DNA of 64,000 nucleotides from assembly GCA_965227295.1 (NCBI GenBank), contig OZ245742.1, positions 3,456,001 to 3,520,000 of the forward strand, in the 5' to 3' direction. This DNA is from Leptonemataceae bacterium. GTDB lineage: Bacteria > Spirochaetota > Leptospiria > Leptospirales > Leptonemataceae. Below the pieces are notes generated by a model. That model made no database searches. It worked only from the letters and a program-made list of their open reading frames with translations, and was not told where the DNA came from. The position numbers and the translations under genes were made by a program. This document shows, one piece after another, positions 26,697 through 35,775 of this stretch (positions are counted from its first letter, which is position 1; each line of letters begins with the position of its first letter).

Positions 26697-28373
26697 ATGC
26701 GCTCCGGCCGGATGTGCCTTTGCTCTTTCGTCCTGTCCGTAGTGTTCGCTCCGGCGTGCATCGGTCCGCTTCCCGGCGCGGACGAAAACGTCACAATGGC
26801 CGCCGCCCTGGCCATGCTCGCCGGCAGTGTTGCGCTTCCGCCCACGGGGACCGCCGCCATCACCAACGTCCGGAGCGGCGGTATTCTCGAATCCAACTAC
26901 CTGACCGGGACCTCTTCCGAGGGAGTCGTCGAGGTCTCTCTGAATAACGGCAGTTACAGCCTGGCTTCGCTCACTACCGGTACGAATTGGAAGTTCGCAT
27001 TGCCCGTCGGCTCTTCCGGGTTGCGCGCCGGTTCGGTGCATACCGCCGAGGTGCGCAGCCTCGGCGGGACTCCGGCGACGATTGCGTTTCGCAAGGGGAC
27101 GAATCGTGATCTAAACGGCGACGGCTACGACGATCTGGTGATCGGCGCGCCGTCCGCTTCTCGCGTCAGCGTCTACTATGGAAAGGCTTCCGGCCTTGCC
27201 GGCACTCTAACGGCCTCGGGCGGCGATCTCCTGTTGTCCAGTACCGTGGGAGACCAGTACGGAGCCACTATCGGCTTTGGTGATGAAAACGGCGACGGTT
27301 ACGCCGATCTTATCGTCGGGGCGCCGTCGCATAACACCAACATGGGCCGGGCCTACCTCTATCGCGGCAGCGCGACGGGCCTTACGGCGATGTCGGCGGC
27401 GTCCGCGGACAGCATCATCACCAGCGCGACCGCCTCGGACAGTTTCGGCCAGGCGGCCCTGATCTGCGATGTCAACGGTGACGGCTACGGAGATGTAGTG
27501 GTCTCGGCTTCGACGGGAACTGGAAACGGTGAAGTCCGGGTCTTTGCGAGCAGCGCCTCGGGGCTCGTGGCAAGTATTTCCGCGGCCGCGTCTACTACGG
27601 CTATCACCGGGGAGGGGACGAACCAGTCCTTCGGTCAACCCACGGCCTGCGGGGCCGACGTCAACTATGACGGCTACGAAGACCTCAGCGCCGGGGCAGG
27701 CACCTTCGGTACCGATCAGGGCCGGGTCTACGTTTATCACGGCAGCGCTTCCGGCCTTACTTCGGGCAATGCACTAACCCAGGCCGCCACGGCACTCACC
27801 GGCCTGACCGTCACGGAGCGACTCACCTCCGTGGCCTTCGGTTATCCCCAATCGGACAACTTCGCCGACCTGGCCATGGGCGCCCCGGCCTTCGGGGGCA
27901 ATCCGGCGAAGGGCTACTTCGCTGCCGGATCAACGACCGGCATCAGCGGTACCTTCGGCGCGGAATTTTCCGAGGAGTCTCTGTCCTCCGGTCTCGGGGC
28001 CGCCGTTGCCTGGGGCGACCTCAACGGCGACGGCCGGGACGATCTAATCCTCGGTGCAACTAGCTTAAGCCGGGTTTATGTTAAGTACTCTACCGGAAGC
28101 TTCTCCAACGCGGCGGTGAGCGGCTTCGACGCGGTGTTCCAGGCCGAGAACGCCTCTGATCAACTGGGCAGTGCGCTGCGCGCGGCCGACTTAAACGGTG
28201 ACGGTTACTACGATCTCATCATGGCGGCGCCGAACTACAGCACGGCCCTGGGGCGCGTGTATATCTTTTACGGTAGCGAGAGCGGCGTCGGCAGCGGAAG
28301 CATTGCCGTTTCCGGGGCGGCCACGATCATCACCGGCGATGTCGGCAGTGGGTTGTTCGGCCGCCTGCGCTGA
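26697..28373 (+). CDS. FG-GAP (integrin-alpha beta-propeller) repeat lipoprotein
   Basis: Lipobox-like VFAPAC; multiple DxNGDGYxDLxxGAP repeats; Ser/Thr/Gly-rich; start uncertain. Confidence 0.85.
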   Translation: MRSGRMCLCSFVLSVVFAPACIGPLPGADENVTMAAALAMLAGSVALPPTGTAAITNVRSGGILESNYLTGTSSEGVVEVSLNNGSYSLASLTTGTNWKFALPVGSSGLRAGSVHTAEVRSLGGTPATIAFRKGTNRDLNGDGYDDLVIGAPSASRVSVYYGKASGLAGTLTASGGDLLLSSTVGDQYGATIGFGDENGDGYADLIVGAPSHNTNMGRAYLYRGSATGLTAMSAASADSIITSATASDSFGQAALICDVNGDGYGDVVVSASTGTGNGEVRVFASSASGLVASISAAASTTAITGEGTNQSFGQPTACGADVNYDGYEDLSAGAGTFGTDQGRVYVYHGSASGLTSGNALTQAATALTGLTVTERLTSVAFGYPQSDNFADLAMGAPAFGGNPAKGYFAAGSTTGISGTFGAEFSEESLSSGLGAAVAWGDLNGDGRDDLILGATSLSRVYVKYSTGSFSNAAVSGFDAVFQAENASDQLGSALRAADLNGDGYYDLIMAAPNYSTALGRVYIFYGSESGVGSGSIAVSGAATIITGDVGSGLFGRLR

Positions 28374-28375
28374 TC

Positions 28376-29197
28376 TCAGGCCGGGCGAAGACGCTTCGGC
28401 TGCCAGACAATCACGTCCAATCGTTTTGCGAAGTGCAACAACGGCTCCGTGCCCTTGAGAAGCTCGATGCCGGCCGCCGCGGCCGTGCTCTCCACGTCGA
28501 TGCGGGCCCGGGCGGGTTGCAGCGGCCACGGTACGTGATGAATCTCACCGCGATACACGTTCCCGCGCCGGTCCAGGGAGTACAGGCAGTACCGTTCCGT
28601 AAGCCAGTGATCCAGGCTGCCGGGCTGCGCGTGGTAGACCTCGCCCACGGGACCGTAACTACCGATGAAGTCGGCGGGGTTGGCACCACGATGAGTGCGA
28701 TGATGAGAGTAACGAATGCCCTTGTCGGAAGGCATTAATCGCATGCGCGCGTTGAAGTACGGTAAGTGAAACCAGGCGCGGGCCAGGGCCACGGCCACAA
28801 AGTTCGTTGCGTCGAGACTGAAGAAGTACACGCCCGGTTTGCCGTCGACGGTAACGTAGGTGCGCACGTTGAGTTCGGGAAAGGCGGAGAGCCAGGGCAG
28901 GGGCGGGCAGAAGCGCGGGCGAATGCCGCTCATGCGAAAGGGAACGACACCGACGAAGGCGCGCCGACGCTTCCCTTTTTCTTCGAAGAGATCCAGATCC
29001 AGGGAAGAGGGCACCAGTTCGCGGAGCGCGTTGGGATCCACTTCCCAGTGGGCGAAAAGCAGGTCGTGCCAGGACTGCGCCATAATCCACGGACCTGGCG
29101 GCATGGGATAGGGGCGGTGTTTGTTGATCTCCGGCAGCGCGGAAAAGGGAGAACGCAGCACGACCGCGACGATGTTTCCCGGCCCGGCGCGTTGCAA
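28376..29197 (-). CDS. YqjF/DUF2071 family protein
   Basis: PWIMAQSWHDLLFAHW, FPELNVRTYV, GVYFFSLDA, WLTERY; true start probably slightly downstream. Confidence 0.85.
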   Translation of the reverse strand: MQRAGPGNIVAVVLRSPFSALPEINKHRPYPMPPGPWIMAQSWHDLLFAHWEVDPNALRELVPSSLDLDLFEEKGKRRRAFVGVVPFRMSGIRPRFCPPLPWLSAFPELNVRTYVTVDGKPGVYFFSLDATNFVAVALARAWFHLPYFNARMRLMPSDKGIRYSHHRTHRGANPADFIGSYGPVGEVYHAQPGSLDHWLTERYCLYSLDRRGNVYRGEIHHVPWPLQPARARIDVESTAAAAGIELLKGTEPLLHFAKRLDVIVWQPKRLRPA

Positions 29198-29203
29198 GCT
29201 CTT

Positions 29204-30568
29204 TTAGGTAGCCGGCGTGCGCATGGTAACGAACTCTTCGGCCGCCGTGGGATGAATGCCGATGGTCTGATCGAAGACCGCCTTCGTGGCGCCGGCCTTG
29301 AGGGCTACGGCCAGGCCCTGCACGATCTCGCCGGCCTCGGGGCCGGCCATGTGTACGCCGAGGACCCGGTCGCTCCGTGCGTCCACGACGAGTTTCATGA
29401 GCGTCTTTTCGTCACGGCCGCTCAGGGTGTGCTTCAAGGGGCGAAAGACGGAACGGAAAATGTTTACGTCTCCGTGGCGTTCGCGTGCTTCTTTTTCCGT
29501 AAGTCCTACTGTTCCAATGTTAGGCGAACAGAAGACCGCGGTGGGGATGTTTTCGTAGTCCACAACGGTGGGCTGATTGCCGAAGAGATTCTTCGCCACG
29601 GCCGTGCCCTCGGCCAGGGCCACCGGCGTTAGCTGGTAACGATCGATGACGTCGCCCACGGCGTAGATGGACGGCACACTCGTCTGGTAGTGTTCGTCCA
29701 CGATGATCGCGTGCCGCGCCCCGGTGGCGACCCCGGCTTCTTTGAGGCCGAGTCCGTCGGTATTCGGCAGACGGCCGATGGCGCACAGAATCAGTTCGCT
29801 CTCGTGGACCTCATTGCCTTCCAGGCAGGTACGGTAGACGGTCCTGCCGTTCGCCTCGTGTTTCTCGATTCGATCGAAGTCGCGTTCGTAGAGAATGGTA
29901 ATGCCCTTCTTCTGCATTTCGTCGGAGACGTGCCGGCGAATGTCGTCGTCGAAGCCGCGCAGGATCAGGTTGCCGCGGTGGATCAACGTGGTTTCCACTC
30001 CCAGGCCGTGAAAGACGCTCGCGAACTCACAGGCAATGTAACCGCCGCCGGAGATGAGCGCACGGGGCGGCAATTCTTCGAGGGCGAAGATTTCGTTCGA
30101 AGATAAAAACAGATCGTTCCCGGGAAAGTCCGGCGCAAACGGCCGGCTGCCCACGGCGATGAGGATGTACTTCGCCGTAATCGTTTTGCCGCCGACGTCG
30201 ACGCTGTGTTCGTCGATGATTCGCGCCCGGCTGTCGTAGATGGTGACGCCGGCATTGATTAACATGTTACGGTAGATGCCGTTCAGGCGTTCGATCTCGC
30301 GGTCTTTGTTTTCGCGCAACGTCTTCCAGTCGAACTCCGGGCGTTGCGATTGCCAGCCGTAACCGCGCGCGTCTTCGAAGTCGTCTGCGAAGTGGGCCCC
30401 GTAGACGAAGAGTTTTTTCGGTACGCAGCCGACGTTGACGCAGGTGCCGCCCATGAATCGTTCTTCGGCAACGGCCACGCGCGCGCCGAAACCCGCGGAC
30501 AAGCGCGCCGCACGCACGCCGCCGGAACCCGCGCCGATGACGAATAGATCGTAGTCGAAATTACTCAC
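29204..30568 (-). CDS. gor: Glutathione-disulfide reductase
   Basis: [42 protein letters not shown]. Confidence 0.95.
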   Translation of the reverse strand: MSNFDYDLFVIGAGSGGVRAARLSAGFGARVAVAEERFMGGTCVNVGCVPKKLFVYGAHFADDFEDARGYGWQSQRPEFDWKTLRENKDREIERLNGIYRNMLINAGVTIYDSRARIIDEHSVDVGGKTITAKYILIAVGSRPFAPDFPGNDLFLSSNEIFALEELPPRALISGGGYIACEFASVFHGLGVETTLIHRGNLILRGFDDDIRRHVSDEMQKKGITILYERDFDRIEKHEANGRTVYRTCLEGNEVHESELILCAIGRLPNTDGLGLKEAGVATGARHAIIVDEHYQTSVPSIYAVGDVIDRYQLTPVALAEGTAVAKNLFGNQPTVVDYENIPTAVFCSPNIGTVGLTEKEARERHGDVNIFRSVFRPLKHTLSGRDEKTLMKLVVDARSDRVLGVHMAGPEAGEIVQGLAVALKAGATKAVFDQTIGIHPTAAEEFVTMRTPAT

Positions 30569-30636
30569 AATGCTTCGGACGATTGTATGGCCCGGGCGTT
30601 ACGAGGCACCTTCTTTTTTTGGGCTTTGCACGGATG

Positions 30637-31282
30637 CAAGAACCCGGTTCGGTGCGTTTGCCGTGAAAAAAGGAGCAAATCGCAAAACGCTGAAGGGTCT
30701 TTTTTGGCTACGGCTCTTCGGAGTTGTGGATTTTCGTATTGCTGAGAATGCTGCGTTCGACCCGGACGCTAATTGTGCGACTCAGCTACCATAGCGTTTC
30801 CTGCGACGAAGACGCCGTTCCGGTGCGCCTTGCCACACTTCCCCGGCATGACCTCCGTTCATCGGCTGGAACCAGCCGTACCCAATAAAGTCTTAATCCA
30901 AACTGGCCTCAACTTACACCACGATTCGGGGCGTGTTCGAATGACCGAAAAGTTTTCGGTAGTTCAAGGCTTGTGGCTCGCGGCGTTTGCCGTGAAAAAA
31001 GGGAGTAAATCGCCGAACGTTAAGGTGGTTTTTTTTGCTACAGCTGAGCGGGAGTTGTGGATTTTCGTTTTGTAAGTCGCGAATCCGCACCCGCTCCGCC
31101 CCGCGGAGAGAGCGGGGCTGCGGGGTGCGGATTCGCTTCATGGATTTTCCAGGGAGAAGACGCCGTTCCGGTGCGCCTTACCACACTTCCCCGGCATGAC
31201 CTCCGATCATCTGCTGGAACCAGCCGTACCCAAAAAAGTCTTAATCCAAACTGGCCTCAACTTACACCACGATTCGGGGCGT
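30637..31282 (+). repeat. Array C of the ~330-bp repeat (two core copies, interrupted by H1)
   Basis: Core GACGCCGTTCCG at 30811 and 31159. Confidence 0.95.
31079..31136. repeat. Hairpin element H1, copy 2, inside array C
   Basis: GCGAATCCGCACCC...GGGTGCGGATTCGC perfect outer stem; matches 2414-2471. Confidence 0.85.
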
Positions 31283-31290
31283 CTGCGAAT

Positions 31291-32124
31291 TCAAACAAGA
31301 AACGGCACCGTCTTTTCGTAGAGCCAGTCGGGCATCTTTTTCTTGAGCGTTTCGTCGATGAAGTCGCGGCGATAGCGGGGCGAGAAGTGAATGAGATACA
31401 ACCGCTCCACGTCGCGCAACGCCTCGGCGTTCGCAACGATTTCGTCGAGATGAATGTGGCCCCACTGCCGCGCGCGTTCCACCGGGCGTTTGTCGTCAAT
31501 GAACGTGCACTCCAGAAACAGAATCTTCGACTGACGGACGATTTCGTTTTCCAGAAGAAACTCGATCTGCGTATCGCCGGAGAAGGTAATGTGCGGGACG
31601 ACGGCGTCGTAAAACATATCGTCGCGTTCTTTCTTGAGCCGCGCAATCTCCGGGCCGGGCAGATTCAGGAACTCCGGCTTGAGCTTGCGCGTGCGTTCGA
31701 AGATGGAGTAACCGTTGGACGGCACCCGATGCACGCTGCGCACGGCGCGAAACTTCAGGGTCCCGCTGAGATCGTACTCGCGATCGTAGTCCAGGGCGTG
31801 GACGTTGTAGGTCGCTTCGAAGTCTTCGATCTCGAACCACAGGCGGAGGATTTCTTTGAGCGGCCTTTCGACTTCCGGCGGCACGTAGATGTCCGCGGGC
31901 GGCAGGCGGCGCAGATTGCGTTGGGATACGTGATAGGGAATGCCGGCGCTGTGATCCAGGTGGCCGTGGGTCAGCAGGATCGTCGGCACCTCGACCAGCC
32001 GCGACGAACCCCGGCCGATGTCGAAACACAGCTTCAGCCGCGGCACATGCATGCACGTCTGCACTCCGCCCTCGCTAATGCCGAGGAAGTTGTAGGTCTT
32101 GTGTTTGTACTCCGCTAACTTCAT
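31291..32124 (-). CDS. MBL-fold hydrolase, short RNase Z (TM-type-like)
   Basis: GISEGGVQT, THGHLDH, HRVPSNGY, KLKPEF, SGDT, LECTF, GHIH, HFSPRY. Confidence 0.8.
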   Translation of the reverse strand: MKLAEYKHKTYNFLGISEGGVQTCMHVPRLKLCFDIGRGSSRLVEVPTILLTHGHLDHSAGIPYHVSQRNLRRLPPADIYVPPEVERPLKEILRLWFEIEDFEATYNVHALDYDREYDLSGTLKFRAVRSVHRVPSNGYSIFERTRKLKPEFLNLPGPEIARLKKERDDMFYDAVVPHITFSGDTQIEFLLENEIVRQSKILFLECTFIDDKRPVERARQWGHIHLDEIVANAEALRDVERLYLIHFSPRYRRDFIDETLKKKMPDWLYEKTVPFLV

Positions 32125-32138
32125 TGAAAGAACTTTTA

Positions 32139-32161
32139 ACTCCGAGGACCGAGGAGACGAG
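32139..32161 (+). repeat. Solo arm of the ACTCCGAGG REP-like family
   Basis: ACTCCGAGGACCGAGGAGACGAG; no inverted partner nearby. Confidence 0.65.
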
Positions 32162-32238
32162 GGAAGGTACTGAGAAAATTCCGATAAAAAACCTGCGAAG
32201 GATTTCTGTCGTAGTGTGCAGGCGAGCGGCTGCCCCGG

Positions 32239-33726
32239 CTACTTCAGCAACGCTCCGAGGTCGTCCTCCGGCCCGACGACTACCACCGGCCGCACGGTTT
32301 CCAGTTTTTCTTTTAACTGCTCCGGACCGGCAATTACGATGTACAGATTTTCCGGTGCGAGATAACGCTTTGCCACGCGCTGTACGTCTTTCTCACCCAG
32401 CGCGCGGATCTTCGTCGGGAACGTCGCGAGATAATTCTCCGGCATGTCGTGGAGACGATTGCGCACCGCGGAGTAGGCGACTTCCTCCGGACTGTCGAAC
32501 TGGAAGGCCAGGGAATTCAGGATGGCGTCTTTGGAAAGATCCAGTTCGCGGCGGCTTTCGAAAGAACGCATGCCGTCAATGACCTCGAGCATCAGCCCCA
32601 GGGTCTGGTGCGCCAGGAAACTGCGCGTGCCGCTGCCCGCGAAGAACGCCCCCGATGACGCGTCGAAATCGTTGTAGGAGTACGCATAGTACGCGAGGCC
32701 GCGCCGCACGCGAATCTCGCGCGTGAGGCGCGAATTGAAGGAGCCGCCGCCGAGTACGTAGTTGCCGGTTTGCAGCGCGTAGAAGTCCGGATGATCGTGG
32801 GCGGGCAAGTAGCCGGCGATGGTGATCACCGATTGCGCCGCGGGCACGTTCACGAGCAGGATCTTACCGCGCAGGGCCTTCGCACGGTCGAGCAGGGCCG
32901 CGTCGCCTCCGTCGGCCTCCCGGACCACGGGGACATCCGCCGCGGCGTTCGGGAAATTCTTAATAAGTTCGTTTAAACGATTGTTAAGGTCCAGGCCGCT
33001 GAAGTCGCCGGCGGCGGTGATGAACAGCCCGCCCGGCCGCAGGCGGCGGTCCAGTTCGTTGCGAATGCCTTCGATGCTGAGCCGTGCCACATCGTCCTTT
33101 TGCAGCGAGTAACCCCGGCGCAGGCCGTGAAAAAGCAGCTCCTGGGTTTTCCGCCGCGCGACGCCCGAGGGATCGTCGTTCCGCCGTTCGATGCCGGCGA
33201 TGAAGGCCTGGCGGGCCACGTTCAGTTCCGGTTCCGGCAGGCGCGGCCTGAGCAGGCTGTCCTCCAGGATTTTGTAAGCGGCGTCGAAGTCTTTCTTGAG
33301 AACCTTGAGCTGTACGGACCAATACTCGTAACCACTGCTGAACTGAAGTTTGGCCCCGAGACGGGACAGCTCCGCGGCCACGGAGCGACCGTCGGCATCC
33401 CCGGCGCCGCCGGTCTCAAGCAAATTCAGGGCCGCATCCAGCGTACCGGCGTTCTCGATGGACTCGGCGTTGCTTCCGCCGGTGAAATACAGCGTCAGCG
33501 TCAAAAACGGCAGCGAAGGATCACCGGCACGGATCAGGGTGGCACCGCCGTGCAGGGGAACGCTTTCCGTTTCCGGGGGGGCGAACTGGATCGGCGCGAG
33601 TTCCAGGTCTTCCAGGATACCGGCGGTTTTTCGAAACTCACCGTCACCGGGACGCGCGGGCAGAGCACCGGCCGCGAGAACAGCGGCGGCTAAGAGTACA
33701 GTAAGAATCAGTTTGCGTGCGATCAT
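32239..33726 (-). CDS. M16 (pitrilysin) family protein, non-catalytic subunit
   Basis: LGGGSFNSRL...IRVRRGLAY; no HxxEH; signal peptide. Confidence 0.9.
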   Translation of the reverse strand: MIARKLILTVLLAAAVLAAGALPARPGDGEFRKTAGILEDLELAPIQFAPPETESVPLHGGATLIRAGDPSLPFLTLTLYFTGGSNAESIENAGTLDAALNLLETGGAGDADGRSVAAELSRLGAKLQFSSGYEYWSVQLKVLKKDFDAAYKILEDSLLRPRLPEPELNVARQAFIAGIERRNDDPSGVARRKTQELLFHGLRRGYSLQKDDVARLSIEGIRNELDRRLRPGGLFITAAGDFSGLDLNNRLNELIKNFPNAAADVPVVREADGGDAALLDRAKALRGKILLVNVPAAQSVITIAGYLPAHDHPDFYALQTGNYVLGGGSFNSRLTREIRVRRGLAYYAYSYNDFDASSGAFFAGSGTRSFLAHQTLGLMLEVIDGMRSFESRRELDLSKDAILNSLAFQFDSPEEVAYSAVRNRLHDMPENYLATFPTKIRALGEKDVQRVAKRYLAPENLYIVIAGPEQLKEKLETVRPVVVVGPEDDLGALLK

Positions 33727-35303
33727 TGTTTCTGCTCCGGCGGTTGCAGGGTGGCGGTCATGGTCCAGTCGGGTTTCAGGTGGCGCCGGACCGCGTCGCG
33801 TACGTCCTCGGGACGAATGTCGTCCAGGAGGGCGTTGTATTTGAAGAGGTTCTTGTAATCTCCGGTGACGCTCTCGTAGTAAGAGAGCACGTCGGCCAGA
33901 TACGAGTTGCTCCGTAGCGAGTAGATGAAGTCCGCCCGCATGCGGTTGCGGACCCGTTCCAGTTCTTCCCGGGTCACCCCGTTCTCGCGGACCTTCGCCA
34001 GTTCTTCCTGAACCACCGCTTCGATGCGAGCGGGATCGGCGTCAGGGACGGGCGTAACTTCAATAAAAAACAAGTTAGTGTAGCGCTGCCCGGGATAACC
34101 GGTAAAGGCGCCGACGCTCACCGCCAGTTGTTCCTGGGCGACCAGGCGCTGGTACAACCGGGATTCCTGGCCGGTGGAAAGCACCTCGGCGAGGGCGTCC
34201 AGGTACAGATCGTCCGGATCGGGGAGGGCCGGTTTGAACCAGGCCATGGCCACCGTGGGCGAACCTTCGAGTTTCAAATCCACGCGCACCCGGCGGCGTT
34301 CCAGCTTCGGTTCGCGCGGGCGACGAACGGGCCGCGGTTCCATCTCACCGAAGTACTTTCGCACGAGTCCTTCGGCCTCATCGAAGTCCAGGTCGCCGAC
34401 GAGAGTGATGACGGCGTTGTTCGGCGAGTAGTAGCGCTCGTAAAATTGCATGGCCTGTTCGTAGTTCAGGAACTGAATCGATTCCATGGGACCGATCACC
34501 GGCCGGCCGTAGGGATGCTCGTCGCCGTAAACCTTCGAAATGAACTGTTCGAACAATTGCCGGCGCGGTACGTTCTCCACGCGCATGCGACGTTCTTCGG
34601 TAACCACGTCGCGCTCGGTATAAAAGCTACGCAGCACCGAGTTCTGCATGCGATCGGATTCCAGGCGGGCCCAGACTTCGAGGCGATTTGCCGGGAGCTG
34701 GATTTGATAGTTCGTAAGATCGGCCGTGGTGTAGGCGTTGTAACCGCGCTGGCCGTGGATCGAGTAGAGATACGAATCTTCTTCTTCAATAACAAGCGGC
34801 CGCACCTGGCGTTGCACGATGCGCAGTTGTTTCTGCCACTTCGCAATCTCCGCGCGCGCTTCTTTGACGCGGGCTTCATTGCCCTCGGCGCGCGCTTCGC
34901 GTTCAATGCGCCGCCAGTGATCCATGCGCGCGGCGAAACTGCGCGCGGCTTCCAGGTACTTGCGTTCCCGTTCGAAGTCCACGGTGCCGACGCTCGGCGT
35001 ACCCTTGAACAACATGTGTTCCAGCATGTGCGCGATGCCCGAGCTCGCCTCGGTTTCGTCGGCGGAGCCGGCCTTGAACTTCATGTAACACGCCACCACC
35101 GGCGCGTAGTCCTGGCGCATGAGGATGAGGCGCAGCCCGTTCTTCAGCTCCACCCGGCGAATCCGTTCTTCCAGGCGACCGAAGACCTCGTTGAGGTTTT
35201 CGGAATCGCCGGCGGCGTGCGTGCCGGGCGACGGAGTCAGCGGCAAAAGCAGGATAAGGAGCGTGGTGAGTACGATGAAACGAAGCGCTGAGATTCGATG
35301 CAT
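33723..35303 (-). CDS. M16 family zinc peptidase, catalytic subunit
   Basis: GIAHMLEHMLFKGT, NAYTTAD, EERRMR; signal peptide. Confidence 0.93.
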   Translation of the reverse strand: MHRISALRFIVLTTLLILLLPLTPSPGTHAAGDSENLNEVFGRLEERIRRVELKNGLRLILMRQDYAPVVACYMKFKAGSADETEASSGIAHMLEHMLFKGTPSVGTVDFERERKYLEAARSFAARMDHWRRIEREARAEGNEARVKEARAEIAKWQKQLRIVQRQVRPLVIEEEDSYLYSIHGQRGYNAYTTADLTNYQIQLPANRLEVWARLESDRMQNSVLRSFYTERDVVTEERRMRVENVPRRQLFEQFISKVYGDEHPYGRPVIGPMESIQFLNYEQAMQFYERYYSPNNAVITLVGDLDFDEAEGLVRKYFGEMEPRPVRRPREPKLERRRVRVDLKLEGSPTVAMAWFKPALPDPDDLYLDALAEVLSTGQESRLYQRLVAQEQLAVSVGAFTGYPGQRYTNLFFIEVTPVPDADPARIEAVVQEELAKVRENGVTREELERVRNRMRADFIYSLRSNSYLADVLSYYESVTGDYKNLFKYNALLDDIRPEDVRDAVRRHLKPDWTMTATLQPPEQKQ

Positions 35304-35410
35304 ATTCCGGTAAGGAAAACCGCGATGGACAGGGCGACCAGAAAATTTTGTTGCCGTGCGGCTTCCGTTGAAAACTCTGTCCTTCGCGCCGCAGGGTGTG
35401 GTGTCCCGGT

Positions 35411-35487
35411 GGGCCAGTAGCTCAGCCGGTTAGAGCACTTCTCTGATAAGGAAGGGGTCCCAAGTTCGAGTCTTGGCTGGCCCACCA
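35411..35487 (+). tRNA. tRNA-Ile(GAT), CCA encoded
   Basis: GGGCCAG/CTGGCCC acceptor, CTTCT-CTGATAA-GGAAG anticodon arm, GTTCGAGTC T-loop, ACCA end. Confidence 0.95.
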
Positions 35488-35642
35488 GGACACCACACCC
35501 GCATCTTCCTTCCCGTTTTCCCCGAGTTTTTTCCAGCCCGTGCCGATTCCGCCGTTGTTCGGGAGTCATGGGACCGCCGGGGCATCGCGCGGAGGCGAAG
35601 TGCACAGGCCACTGAGTTGCTAGTCTAAACTGAAGCGAAGTT

Positions 35643-35763
35643 AATCTGGGCGTCTCCCGGCCTGCGGCCGGGACCGCGCTTTCCAGGGCTCCGGCTTCGC
35701 CTTCGGTCCCCGCTGCGCGGTGACTCGCGCTGCGCGCGACCCTTCCAATCGCTGACGCGAAGA
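35643..35763 (+). repeat. ~120-bp multi-hairpin repeat, copy 2
   Basis: Homologous to 24715-24836 with altered but still paired stems. Confidence 0.85.
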
Positions 35764-35775
35764 GTTTTGAAAATC

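Noticed and set aside
31057..32118. 353-aa plus-strand ORF
   Set aside because: It starts in repeat sequence and is the antisense shadow of the RNase Z-like gene.
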